DNA of 52,392 bases from a virus (Duplodnaviria; Caudoviricetes): positions 1-52,392 of IMG/VR virus record IMGVR_UViG_3300037502_000790; one strand, written 5' to 3'. The notes under the pieces were generated by a model. That model saw only the letters and a list, made by a program, of their open reading frames with translations. It ran no database searches and was not told the DNA's origin. Positions 19,015 to 27,781 of this stretch are shown here, one piece after another. The position numbers and the translations under genes were made by a program. Within the stretch, counting starts at the first letter, position 1; every line of letters starts with the position of its first letter.

Positions 19015-19335
19015 CTACAGCTTGTTGTTGACATCTGGCTCAGCAACCAACTCCTCGAAGGAGTGAATGCTCCAGATCAGGTTCTCACCAGTCTCGAGGA
19101 CAGCAAGCACCTTGTCGTTCCGTGCCAGCCAACACAGTCGGGTGTAACCGGCACCACCAGTACCGAAAGCGTATCCATCACGCATGTCTCTGGCGCCGCA
19201 GTAATCGGTGCGGGTCGTGATGACCGTCCAACCACCGGCGTTGTTCGGAAAACCAGCAGCTTGTGATTCTTCTGCTGCGGAGATTCCTGTAGCAATCAAC
19301 GCAATAAATGCGGCGATTAGACGTTTCATCTGCAT
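19015..19335 (-). CDS. Exported hypothetical protein
   Basis: Signal peptide MKRLIAAFIALIATGISAA; NNAGGWTVIT motif; two Cys. Confidence 0.6.
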   Translation of the reverse strand: MQMKRLIAAFIALIATGISAAEESQAAGFPNNAGGWTVITTRTDYCGARDMRDGYAFGTGGAGYTRLCWLARNDKVLAVLETGENLIWSIHSFEELVAEPDVNNKL

Positions 19336-19341
19336 CCCCCG

Positions 19342-19587
19342 TTACCTATGCTTTGCGGTCTTCTTCGCAATCGCCTTGGGCTGCTTTGATACCTGCTTGC
19401 CCTTGGCCTTTGCTTCTCGCTTAGCCTTCGTGGTTGCCGCGTACTCAGATGGAGTAAGCGCTTTGATTGCCTTTTCGGGCAAATACCTTTCGCCAGTAGC
19501 GTCAGGTCCTTGTGTGGACGGCTTGCCGGATTTGGTGCGCCACTTCTGGTCGGTCCAATCCTTTAGCGATTTCTGGGGCTTTTTCAT
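19342..19587 (-). CDS. Basic protein, C-terminal half of DUF5872-like
   Basis: MKKPQKSLKDWTDQKWRTKSG...GERYLPEKAIKAL; start reassigned to ATG 19587. Confidence 0.65.
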   Translation of the reverse strand: MKKPQKSLKDWTDQKWRTKSGKPSTQGPDATGERYLPEKAIKALTPSEYAATTKAKREAKAKGKQVSKQPKAIAKKTAKHR

Positions 19588-19588
19588 T

Positions 19589-19768
19589 TCAGTCCTTGTA
19601 CCCGCCGCCAGCGTCCTTGTATGCCTTGGCAAGCATCTGTGCTTTACGAGCACTCCACTCACCGGGCGAACCGCCTTTACCGCCAGCCTTGATTTCGTTG
19701 AACAGTCGCTTCCTTAGAGCTGGCTTGGTGTAGTTGCCAGCCTCATTGACCTTCGACTTTGGCTTCAT
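19589..19768 (-). CDS. 59-aa basic protein, N-terminal half of DUF5872-like (not in ORF track)
   Basis: Translated by hand: MKPKSKVNEAGNYTKPALRKRLFNEIKAGGKGGSPGEWSARKAQMLAKAYKDAGGGYKD. Confidence 0.75.
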   Translation of the reverse strand: MKPKSKVNEAGNYTKPALRKRLFNEIKAGGKGGSPGEWSARKAQMLAKAYKDAGGGYKD

Positions 19769-19967
19769 CGGCTTTTCCCTTCTTCGTCAGGACAGCTTTC
19801 GCCATAGCCTTGATGTCGTCCTGCGCGGCAACCGTCTCAGCCACTGGTTGTGCTGGCGCCTTTACTTTCGCAGGCGGCTCGTAGTCCACCATATCGTTGC
19901 GCTTCGCGAGGTTGTCGGTCCACGGGAACACGCGGCCAGTTGGTTTGTGCTTAAGTAGTTTTTGCAT
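19743..19967 (-). CDS. Hypothetical protein after MCP
   Basis: 74 aa, GAGG SD upstream. Confidence 0.6.
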   Translation of the reverse strand: MQKLLKHKPTGRVFPWTDNLAKRNDMVDYEPPAKVKAPAQPVAETVAAQDDIKAMAKAVLTKKGKADEAKVEGQ

Positions 19968-19980
19968 ACATCCTCAGAAT

Positions 19981-20013
19981 GAAGAAAGGGGGAAGAGATC
20001 TCTCCCCTCCCCC
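19981..20013 (-). terminator. Probable intrinsic terminator/attenuator after MCP
   Basis: G-rich/C-rich hairpin (GGGGAGAG..CTCTTCCCC) followed by TTTCTTC on the minus strand. Confidence 0.5.
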
Positions 20014-20021
20014 ATCAGGCA

Positions 20022-20963
20022 TTAAGCCTTGGCGGCGTACAGATCCACCAGAGCTTCAGGCTTCACAACCTTGTAGCCGTACACGTTCAGACCGCGAACG
20101 ATGTTGCCGAAGGTCGAAGTCGAGCGCAGGCTTTCCACGTTGGTGATCTGCGAAGCGAACGAGATCGCGTCACGGGTACCAGCGAGGAAGTGGTAGGCGT
20201 TGTCACCACCAGCAGTCACCTTGGTCAGGTTGTTCGAAACGAACAAGGTGAAGCGGTCGATCATGCCCAGCTTGCCGTTACGCAGCGGAGACACATCGTC
20301 ACCGGTCAAGTAGGCTTGACGCAGATCCGAGGACTTGAGCAGCGAAGCAAACCAAGGAGTGACAACCATCCAACGGCCATCTTCAGGCACGTTCTGCTCG
20401 TCCAGAACTTGACCGCAGTTCAGGATGTTTTCCAGAACATTGGTTGCGTCGATCTGAACAGGAGCACCAGTGGTACCGAGGTCGATGTCGCCAGAGATAG
20501 CGCCAGCAGTGGTGCCTTGGTTAGCAGCAGCAACGTCAGGAGCCACGTTGTTCAGAACGTCGCCGTCGATAGCGATCTTCATCTGCTCGGAAGCATCGTT
20601 GGTGAAGATGTCCATCAGACGAACGTCGGCCTGCACATCATCCACATCGTCAACGATGACGGAGAAGTACTTACCCTTGTCGATCGTCAGCTCGATCGGA
20701 GTGGAGGTCGGAACCTGATTCGACAGGTTCATACCCTTCTCGTAGTTCGAGATGGTGATCGTCGGGATCGAACGGATGTGGATCGTGTCGCCCTGATTCT
20801 TAATCTCGCCTTCCCAATCGTTGTTGGTGATTTCAGCGAGAACGGTGCTCTTATAAAACTTGACCTGAAGCTTGCCGCTCCAAATCTCAGGAATGAACGC
20901 TGAACCGGCAGGGTTGGCGTTGTACGAGTACTGGGGATAACCAGCGGATACTGGAACTGCCAT
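20022..20963 (-). CDS. Major capsid protein (HK97 fold)
   Basis: FIPEIWSGKL...EGEIKNQGDTIHI...VRGLNVYGYKVVKPEAL; follows the scaffold gene; strong SD. Confidence 0.9.
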   Translation of the reverse strand: MAVPVSAGYPQYSYNANPAGSAFIPEIWSGKLQVKFYKSTVLAEITNNDWEGEIKNQGDTIHIRSIPTITISNYEKGMNLSNQVPTSTPIELTIDKGKYFSVIVDDVDDVQADVRLMDIFTNDASEQMKIAIDGDVLNNVAPDVAAANQGTTAGAISGDIDLGTTGAPVQIDATNVLENILNCGQVLDEQNVPEDGRWMVVTPWFASLLKSSDLRQAYLTGDDVSPLRNGKLGMIDRFTLFVSNNLTKVTAGGDNAYHFLAGTRDAISFASQITNVESLRSTSTFGNIVRGLNVYGYKVVKPEALVDLYAAKA

Positions 20964-21006
20964 TTTAATTCTCCTAACATATAGCAGTACCGCTAATACC
21001 TAAGGG

Positions 21007-21948
21007 CTAACGAATGCGCCCCTCGATCGTTGCGGCGTGGATTTCGGATTCCATCGCCACCATTTCCTTTGCTGAGATTTCACCGCGTCGAGCTGCAGCG
21101 TAGAAAGCTGCGATCTCTGGACGAGTGAAGATTCGTTTACCCGCAGGCGGCTGCACGACACGATTCGTATCGGGCGAGACCTGTGCGGCTAATGCTTGGG
21201 AATTGGGGGCGGTGCGTTGTTTCTGCGTGGCTTTCCACTTGGTAAAGAACCGCGCAACGCGCTCTGCATCCTTAGCTGCTTCTGCTTCGGAAAGGAGGTC
21301 TTGACGGGTTTTGCCTGTCAGCTCGTCGTATTCATCAAGCCACTTCAAGAAGCCTTCATCGGAGTTGATCGTTACCCAGTCAGGAGCAATGCGACCCAAG
21401 GTGTCGAAAAAGTTGACCTCTACGGACTTGGCTGTGGTCTGGTTGACCATATCCAAACGCCGTTTTAGATCTTCAATCTCCGCCTCTTTGGCTGCGACTT
21501 GCTCTTGGGCTGCTCGCTTCATAACGTCGAGCAGGTCGTCCCCGTACTTCTCTCTGTCTTCTTGGCTGATGAGTGACTGCTGCGGTTTTGCCGCCTGACT
21601 CTTCAGACTTTCCATCTGTTGCTGAAGCGCTTCGATTTGAGTGCGAAGCTCGCGGTTGTCCGCCGCTAAGCGCGGGACCTCAGCTCTGTACTTGCCCTCG
21701 ATTACCTTGTACTTGTGTTCCCATGTGTCATCCTTTTGTTGCGCGTCTGGCAGCTCACCTACTGGTGGAGCAATCGCAACGTCCGGCTGTGGAGCTGGAC
21801 TTGGCTCAGGATCTGCGTTGGGAGCAGGATCAGGTTGTGGATCAGGTACTGGTTGCGGTTGAGGATCCTCGGCAGGCTTCTCATACACCTGCTTGTGGAG
21901 TGCTTCGGCCTTTTCAGCCGCCTCTCGAACTGCGCGTGGAATTGCCAT
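21007..21948 (-). CDS. Capsid scaffolding protein
   Basis: Pro/acidic N-terminus, WEHKYKVIEGKY coil, PDWVTINSDEGFLKWL, C-terminal EGRIR; precedes MCP. Confidence 0.8.
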   Translation of the reverse strand: MAIPRAVREAAEKAEALHKQVYEKPAEDPQPQPVPDPQPDPAPNADPEPSPAPQPDVAIAPPVGELPDAQQKDDTWEHKYKVIEGKYRAEVPRLAADNRELRTQIEALQQQMESLKSQAAKPQQSLISQEDREKYGDDLLDVMKRAAQEQVAAKEAEIEDLKRRLDMVNQTTAKSVEVNFFDTLGRIAPDWVTINSDEGFLKWLDEYDELTGKTRQDLLSEAEAAKDAERVARFFTKWKATQKQRTAPNSQALAAQVSPDTNRVVQPPAGKRIFTRPEIAAFYAAARRGEISAKEMVAMESEIHAATIEGRIR

Positions 21949-22067
21949 AAATTCTCCATGAGCCGAATCTCGAGACGAACGGAGCCCTCGGAAGGTAGTC
22001 CGCCGATACGAGATCAGTGTTCATTACTTGCTGACTAAGACCCGGTCAGCGCGGGTTGCCCTACGGG

Positions 22068-22298
22068 CTAAAACTTGCGAATGGTTTCTTGCGCGTTGTC
22101 AGCTCGCTGTAGGAACTCTTGCAACAGCTGTTGGGCGCCTTGATTCCAGCGGGTTTGTACCTCGTCCTTGGAATAAGGCGTCTGTTCATTCAGCTCGTTG
22201 AGAGTCGTCCTCAGCCATTGCTTGACAACTTCAAAATGAATATCACCATCCAGAGTCGCTAAGGCTTGGATGGCTTGTTTACTTGGTTGGGTTATCAC
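22068..22298 (-). CDS. Small head-region protein
   Basis: 76 aa helical, RWNQGAQQLL motif, between portal and scaffold. Confidence 0.65.
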   Translation of the reverse strand: MITQPSKQAIQALATLDGDIHFEVVKQWLRTTLNELNEQTPYSKDEVQTRWNQGAQQLLQEFLQRADNAQETIRKF

Positions 22299-23035
22299 TA
22301 GCGGGATTTCAACGGGAATCTCTGGGAGTACTCACCCTCAAGCTCCTTGCGAACAGGGAACTCTTGGCTCGTCTCAGGCTTCATGTCTTTGTAGACTGCC
22401 TTGCTTCGGCGCGTCTTCTGGCGCGACTTTACTGGAGCATCGTCTTCTCGCAGCGGCTTACCCTTGATCGGCTCCGGATCTTTGAATGGGCGAACCTCAA
22501 CATCGTCGCCTCGACCTTCCATCGTCGGGTTCGAGAAGATTCCACCCTTCGGCTTGACGCCGCGATCTGCTTCATCAGCATACGTGTCAGAAACCGGTGG
22601 AGGTGTGTTGCCTTCTTCATCGAGAGTACTCATGTTGCGACCAGAGTAGTCACTCGACTGGTTGTTCGTAGGCGTCTTCATGTCACGTTCCATCTGACCG
22701 CGACCGGCGCCATACTTGTAGTACGCCTCAGAGCCCTTGCTGTCGATGTTACCCTCTTTCAGACGAGAGCCCAGACGCTTGAAGCCGTCAACGAATTTCT
22801 CGAGGCCGCTCATGTTTGAACGCTCAGCTTCACGCTCGCGGTTCGAAACCTCCAAGCCCTCACGCTTTAACTGCTCTTCGTCCGCCAACCCGCCATCGGC
22901 AAAGTTGAAGCGCATACCTTGCTGAGGCTTGACGTTCTCGGAGTGGAAAATAGGACGGCTTGTAATACCCGGCTTGGTTCTCGCTTCGCCGGTTTTTGCC
23001 GCGCTTTGGCGCTGCCAATCAGGTACGTATCCCAT
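22298..23035 (-). CDS. Hydrophilic protein with MGYVPDWQRQS leader and FADGG tag
   Basis: Start reassigned to ATG 23035, 2 nt after the upstream stop; low-complexity charged sequence. Confidence 0.7.
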   Translation of the reverse strand: MGYVPDWQRQSAAKTGEARTKPGITSRPIFHSENVKPQQGMRFNFADGGLADEEQLKREGLEVSNREREAERSNMSGLEKFVDGFKRLGSRLKEGNIDSKGSEAYYKYGAGRGQMERDMKTPTNNQSSDYSGRNMSTLDEEGNTPPPVSDTYADEADRGVKPKGGIFSNPTMEGRGDDVEVRPFKDPEPIKGKPLREDDAPVKSRQKTRRSKAVYKDMKPETSQEFPVRKELEGEYSQRFPLKSR

Positions 23036-23037
23036 TC

Positions 23038-23223
23038 TTATTTCCCGTAATCTTGCATCGAACGACGACCAGTGCCTGACATGCCAGATGCGCAACCAGC
23101 CATCCCGCCATCAGCCATTTTCTTGGCGCCTTTGTGCATCTTCGAAACGTGCGCCTCGACTTCTTTCTTGGCGACCTTCTTCATTTTTGCCATGCCGCCG
23201 TCTGCGTATTTCTTCATCATCAT
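23038..23223 (-). CDS. 61-aa Lys/Met-rich peptide with two ADGG tags
   Basis: KKYADGGMAK...KKMADGGMAG; AGGAG SD overlapping the portal stop. Confidence 0.75.
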   Translation of the reverse strand: MMMKKYADGGMAKMKKVAKKEVEAHVSKMHKGAKKMADGGMAGCASGMSGTGRRSMQDYGK

Positions 23224-23232
23224 TTGCGTCTC

Positions 23233-25350
23233 CTAGATAGAGCCATTCATAACCAACGAGCGAAGGACTTGATCCGCCATCGGCTCAGGAACTTGCCCAC
23301 CGTCTGCCATCTGCATCGGCTGCATCGTGTTTGCCATCTGCCCACCAGCTGGAGCGCCACCAGGTAGTTGCTCTTGCGGAGCCCCTAGTGCAGGCGGCAT
23401 CCCTTGCTGTTGTTGCATCTGTGACATCATCTGTTGGATCATCTCTTGAGCCATCACCTGTGCGGCAGCTTGAATCTTCTGCTGCTCGAAGGTGTTCTGG
23501 TCAGGAACGATCTTGGTTGTATCCATCTGCAGACCACGCGCAGCCTCGCGCAGCAGGTATGCCCTGCCCTCGACGCCAGTGATCTGAGAATCAATCGGAT
23601 TCGCTGTAGCCATGAGGAACTCATTGCGGCGCATCTGGAGAGTCTCTTTGTGCAGGAGACCGATCGCGCCCTTGGCTACAACTTTGAAGTCGCCCTTGAT
23701 GTAAGGATCAGGGTCGAACATCATGTTGTGCAGATATAGTCTCTGCACAATACCACTTACTATTTTATCTATGTTTGCAACAGCTTGCTTGATACCTTTC
23801 GATGCATTGTCCATAAGCATCGACAGACCACTGGCTGTGCGACCAGCGCCACTCACGGCACTGGAGCCGTAGACGTAGTTCGGAATGCCGGTGACCTCGT
23901 CGGCCTGTCGAGCGAACGTGGTGTACACGCTAAGCAGGACATCGGCGTTCATGTTCGGCTGGAAGAAACGAACAGCAGGCTGACCACCGCCAGTACGGTC
24001 GGAGGTTGTCTGCCAGATCTTCCACGGATAGATGTCGGTCAGCTCCTCGCCATCAGGCAGGCGGTCAACCGCGATCTCAGCTTGAGGGCCAGAGGCAATC
24101 CCCATGTTGTTCGCCAAGCTACGAGCTGCGGCGTTGCACATGATCTGGGTATCGCGCATGACTTCGGGTAGCGCCACACCCCAGAAGCTGTGAGGCACTT
24201 CTTCCCATGAGGAGATCTCATACGGACGCTCGCCCAGCGGATCCGGGTTCAGGATGCACTTCCAGACAATTCCGCCCGTCCACCAGAGGTTCACCTCATA
24301 GGTTTTGTCGGAGACGATCGTCTTGTCTTTGATTCCCCACTCGAGCAGCCACTCACCATTGACCGAACCCCAGAACTCCACCGTCTCAATCTCGCTGGTG
24401 TTGATCGGGAAACGAAATGGCTTACCCTCGAGGTCGCGGCGCTCACTGTCGCCTTGCAACCAGCTGCGGTAGCCTTTGCGCCCATAGCGATCGATTACGG
24501 TAGCCAGAGCATCTTCGTTGACACCCGGGGTACCGCTCATCGATTCCAAACCGACAAGGTTCAGGCGGTGACGCTGGATCAGGTAGGCGTCGTTCACGCC
24601 AGTTGAAGCCGGTGCCGGGAAGATGTCATACGGGCTGACCCGCTCCATCTCACGGACGAACTCGGTAGTCACGATCGCTTGGAAGTCTGGACCCCACGCA
24701 AGGGCTTTGCGCCGCTTGACATTTGGCCCCTTCATGACTGCCGTTGGGAACGTAACGAAGTCCGTTATGAAGTTGCGCAGCTCGTCCTTGAACTTGCCTT
24801 GGTTGAGCTGATCCTCGATCTTGTCTCCCATGCGACGGGCGGAGTCCTCAGCCTCAGCGCGCAGCTTCTGCATAATGTTGTCGTGGACTTCTTCCATGCG
24901 AGCACGGAAAGTCTCGGGGTGCAGCTCGCCACCTTCAGCAATGTATTGCTCAGCCTCAGTGCGAACCAAATCCACGATCGCCTTCTTCATCTCAGGCGGC
25001 ATCTGGGGGTTCTTGGCAGGGGTCAGATCAAAGACGCGCTCTTGCTGATTTAGCATCACATCTTTGATCCATGACTCAGCAGCGCGACATTTGACGTCTG
25101 TAAGCATCATAAATATGTCACTGCCACCGGTCTTGCGAATGTCGGCCTCGTGGTCAGGGTCGTAGACACCACGGCGTTGACGCTCGCAGCGGAGCAGGCG
25201 CTCGGTGATCTGAGTCTTGGCGGTCTTCGCCTCGTTCCAGCACTGGCGCACATACGCGGCAAGTTGCGTCTCGAAACCCGGATTGCTGATCTCGTTGCCG
25301 TCTTCCTTGATGTCTATTTCAACCGGAGGTTGTTCGTTCACATAGCTCAT
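23233..25350 (-). CDS. Portal protein
   Basis: 705 aa after terL; SFWGVALPEVMRDTQ...N, ADEVTGIP, RTASGLSMLM motifs; Gln-rich tail. Confidence 0.9.
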   Translation of the reverse strand: MSYVNEQPPVEIDIKEDGNEISNPGFETQLAAYVRQCWNEAKTAKTQITERLLRCERQRRGVYDPDHEADIRKTGGSDIFMMLTDVKCRAAESWIKDVMLNQQERVFDLTPAKNPQMPPEMKKAIVDLVRTEAEQYIAEGGELHPETFRARMEEVHDNIMQKLRAEAEDSARRMGDKIEDQLNQGKFKDELRNFITDFVTFPTAVMKGPNVKRRKALAWGPDFQAIVTTEFVREMERVSPYDIFPAPASTGVNDAYLIQRHRLNLVGLESMSGTPGVNEDALATVIDRYGRKGYRSWLQGDSERRDLEGKPFRFPINTSEIETVEFWGSVNGEWLLEWGIKDKTIVSDKTYEVNLWWTGGIVWKCILNPDPLGERPYEISSWEEVPHSFWGVALPEVMRDTQIMCNAAARSLANNMGIASGPQAEIAVDRLPDGEELTDIYPWKIWQTTSDRTGGGQPAVRFFQPNMNADVLLSVYTTFARQADEVTGIPNYVYGSSAVSGAGRTASGLSMLMDNASKGIKQAVANIDKIVSGIVQRLYLHNMMFDPDPYIKGDFKVVAKGAIGLLHKETLQMRRNEFLMATANPIDSQITGVEGRAYLLREAARGLQMDTTKIVPDQNTFEQQKIQAAAQVMAQEMIQQMMSQMQQQQGMPPALGAPQEQLPGGAPAGGQMANTMQPMQMADGGQVPEPMADQVLRSLVMNGSI

Positions 25351-25361
25351 TTATTTCCCAT

Positions 25362-26792
25362 CTAGGTCCAGCCCTTCGAGGATCTCTTTGTAACCGCCCT
25401 AGCCCTTGCGGGAGTCAGGCCGCTTCTGACCTTCAAGCATGCGTACTGCAGCGCGTCTTGGATGTGCGAGTAGATGTCTTTGACGGGTCGGTCTTTATAG
25501 CGAGCGTTGCCGGAAGTCTTCAGCCGCTCAAACTTGTAGCGCCCAAGGAATCCCTTCCTCAGGTTTGTGCATCGTGGGTTCAGCAGGAAAGCTGGCTCAC
25601 CGTCCATCATCCGGGTCATGAAGAAGGCAACGGATTCGCGCCTTGGGATGAAGTCGTTGGTGGCGGCTGGCTCGGTGTAGATCCCCGCCTCAAGCAGCTC
25701 CTGAAGACAGGTGCGCTCGTCGGTCTGGGCTCGGATGTTTCCGGCTGGGTCGCCTGCTGAATGAATTTGAAAACCGCCGTACTTGTTCATAAGTACCGGC
25801 TTTACGATATCGTTGGCGAACTGGCGGATACCCATATCCTCTGATACCAGTTCATCCAGAATGATAATCTTCCCTCTTCCTGTTACTTGCAGGATGACGC
25901 AAGCAGGTGTGAGTCCAAAGTCCCACCCCAATACGATCGGCAGGCCACGCTCACCCTCGACGTTCTTGTTGAGGCAGTGCACCTTGTCGTTGTACTCAGG
26001 GTAGACCGGCTTGCCGTCTTTGGTGGATCCGTAATTCCCAAGAAGGAATACGTTGATCCAGTCCTCCGACTTCGAGGGGACTTGCTGCTGGTAGTAGCTG
26101 TAGCCACCCGGCAGGTTGAATACGTTCTCGGCGTCTGGGTTCGGTGCATAAGTGCCGTCTTCCAAACGCAGCAGGCCACCCGGTTGACGGAAGAACTCCC
26201 ACTCAGGCGGACAGTCTTCCTCAGCCAGCTTGTAGTACCAGTGATCGTCGTCGCACGGGTTGGTGTCAAGGATGATCCCGCACCAGCTCGGCCCACCCTG
26301 CAGCTTCGATGGGAATCGTCCCACCCGCTGGGTGACCATATCGAAGATTTCTTTAGGGACCTCCGAAGCTTCGTTGATCCATGCGCCTGTCAATTCCAGC
26401 GACCGGAGCTTGCCCGTCTCTGTAGGCTTGTCCAGCGCCATGAACATCACCTCGAGTTCCAGCCCGGTGCCATCCCCGATGTTGTTGATCTTCATCGTCG
26501 ATGTGATTGGGGTGTCCCACTTGATGGGCGCCACGTTTGTCGCGAACCAAGTCTCCCAAGTTTTGATGGTGGTGGACTTTAGCTCCGGGTAGGTGTTACG
26601 AATGATAAGCCATCGAGAACGCCGAATACCGTCGCGGCTAGGACGTTGTCGCAATGCGCGAGCCACAATTTCCACGCAACAACTTGAGGATTTTCCAGAA
26701 CCAACAGGACCCATAAGGCCGCGTACAAACGCATCTGATTCGTGGAACTTCGCTGCATTCTTTCCCGGGGGCGAGTACTTGATTACTTCCAC
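25362..26792 (-). CDS. terL: Terminase large subunit
   Basis: Walker A GPVGSGKS, Walker B AWINEASE, DTNP coupling motif, RNase H GWDFG and HIQDALQY. Confidence 0.95.
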   Translation of the reverse strand: MEVIKYSPPGKNAAKFHESDAFVRGLMGPVGSGKSSSCCVEIVARALRQRPSRDGIRRSRWLIIRNTYPELKSTTIKTWETWFATNVAPIKWDTPITSTMKINNIGDGTGLELEVMFMALDKPTETGKLRSLELTGAWINEASEVPKEIFDMVTQRVGRFPSKLQGGPSWCGIILDTNPCDDDHWYYKLAEEDCPPEWEFFRQPGGLLRLEDGTYAPNPDAENVFNLPGGYSYYQQQVPSKSEDWINVFLLGNYGSTKDGKPVYPEYNDKVHCLNKNVEGERGLPIVLGWDFGLTPACVILQVTGRGKIIILDELVSEDMGIRQFANDIVKPVLMNKYGGFQIHSAGDPAGNIRAQTDERTCLQELLEAGIYTEPAATNDFIPRRESVAFFMTRMMDGEPAFLLNPRCTNLRKGFLGRYKFERLKTSGNARYKDRPVKDIYSHIQDALQYACLKVRSGLTPARARAVTKRSSKGWT

Positions 26793-27133
26793 TAGCGCTT
26801 TCTTGGTATTGAGTAGTAGCGGTCGCCGCGCTTCACGACGTCGTAACCCGCCTCGTCTTCGCCCTTCAGAGCTTTATCCCAAGTCTCGTGCTTGGCGCCC
26901 TTGAGCATGATTCCAGTTCCCTCTGGCAGATCCTTCGGGCGATCTTTCTCGTTCAGCTCGACACGAGATCCCCAGTGACCGAGGTTCTCTCCAGTCCCAT
27001 CTGGGCCCATCCCGTATCGCTTAGCCGTCTCGTAGTCGTAGCCGTCGCTCTCCGCGTCAAAGGCAGCGCCACCATCGGCCATGTGCTTGACCTTGCCGTA
27101 GCTCTGGCGCATCCAGTCGGGGGCGTGTCCCAT
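26792..27133 (-). CDS. Small protein with MGHAPDWMRQS leader and MADGG tag
   Basis: 113 aa inserted between terS and terL, coupled to both. Confidence 0.75.
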   Translation of the reverse strand: MGHAPDWMRQSYGKVKHMADGGAAFDAESDGYDYETAKRYGMGPDGTGENLGHWGSRVELNEKDRPKDLPEGTGIMLKGAKHETWDKALKGEDEAGYDVVKRGDRYYSIPRKR

Positions 27134-27384
27134 TACTCGTCTTCCTCTTTGCGTTTGCCTGACATGTCGAGCTGGAAGGTGATTGGCTGAGCATCGACTT
27201 CCATCTTGACGTCGGACAAGTCGGGCAGGATTTTCCGGAGCAAGATCTCAATAGACCTAACTTGTGTTGCCGAAAGATCAACCTCACCATTGGCATGGTT
27301 GGTCAGACGATTGATCAGCTGAGCCGCTTGGATCTTCAGCCGTGTGTTCTCGTCGTGTCGGATTTTTTTGATTCTTGCCGCCAT
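27133..27384 (-). CDS. terS: Terminase small subunit
   Basis: KIQAAQLINRL...LSATQVRSIEILLRKILPDL motif; upstream of terL. Confidence 0.75.
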   Translation of the reverse strand: MAARIKKIRHDENTRLKIQAAQLINRLTNHANGEVDLSATQVRSIEILLRKILPDLSDVKMEVDAQPITFQLDMSGKRKEEDE

Positions 27385-27387
27385 GTC

Positions 27388-27651
27388 TTATCCCAATGTC
27401 TGTACCCCGGCGCGATCGAACGCTTTCAGGATCGCTGAGCCGAGGAGGAGTAGATCCTCCCTGCTGTTGAACTCGGTGAGATTGATCTCTGTTTCGAACA
27501 GGTGGGGGTCTCCGCCAATATTGACCATCCCGGTCAACATCACCACCTGAGGCGCGATGGCTCGCTTTAAGTCGCTCTCATATGCAACTTCAATACCGGC
27601 CAATGCGCTGCTTTGGTTCAAGAACCTCTGTAGCTCTTCTACGGTGAGCAT
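27388..27651 (-). CDS. Hypothetical protein
   Basis: 87 aa, GAGGA SD. Confidence 0.65.
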   Translation of the reverse strand: MLTVEELQRFLNQSSALAGIEVAYESDLKRAIAPQVVMLTGMVNIGGDPHLFETEINLTEFNSREDLLLLGSAILKAFDRAGVQTLG

Positions 27652-27671
27652 AAAACTTCCTCGGTTTGGAA

Positions 27672-27772
27672 TAGGTGAGGGCCCCCTCTGGCTCGATCAC
27701 CAGATGAGCAAGCGAATGCTCGGCCCTCGTTGCCGTCAGCAGTGCTTCCCGGTTTAAGGCGGGGCGGCTCTA
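27672..27772 (-). ncRNA. Putative structured RNA in tRNA trailer
   Basis: Three-way junction GAGGGCC/GGCCCTC enclosing GAGCA/TGCTC and TCTGG/CCAGA hairpins, preceded by a GCCG/CGGC domain. Confidence 0.4.
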
Positions 27773-27781
27773 CGGTCTTGA

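Noticed and set aside
27730-27781. Theta/HDV-like ribozyme or fluoride riboswitch after the tRNA
   Set aside because: No P1 partner strand for an HDV topology. CGCCTTAAACCG..GCTGA resembles crcB, but the 5' GGCGATGG element is missing.
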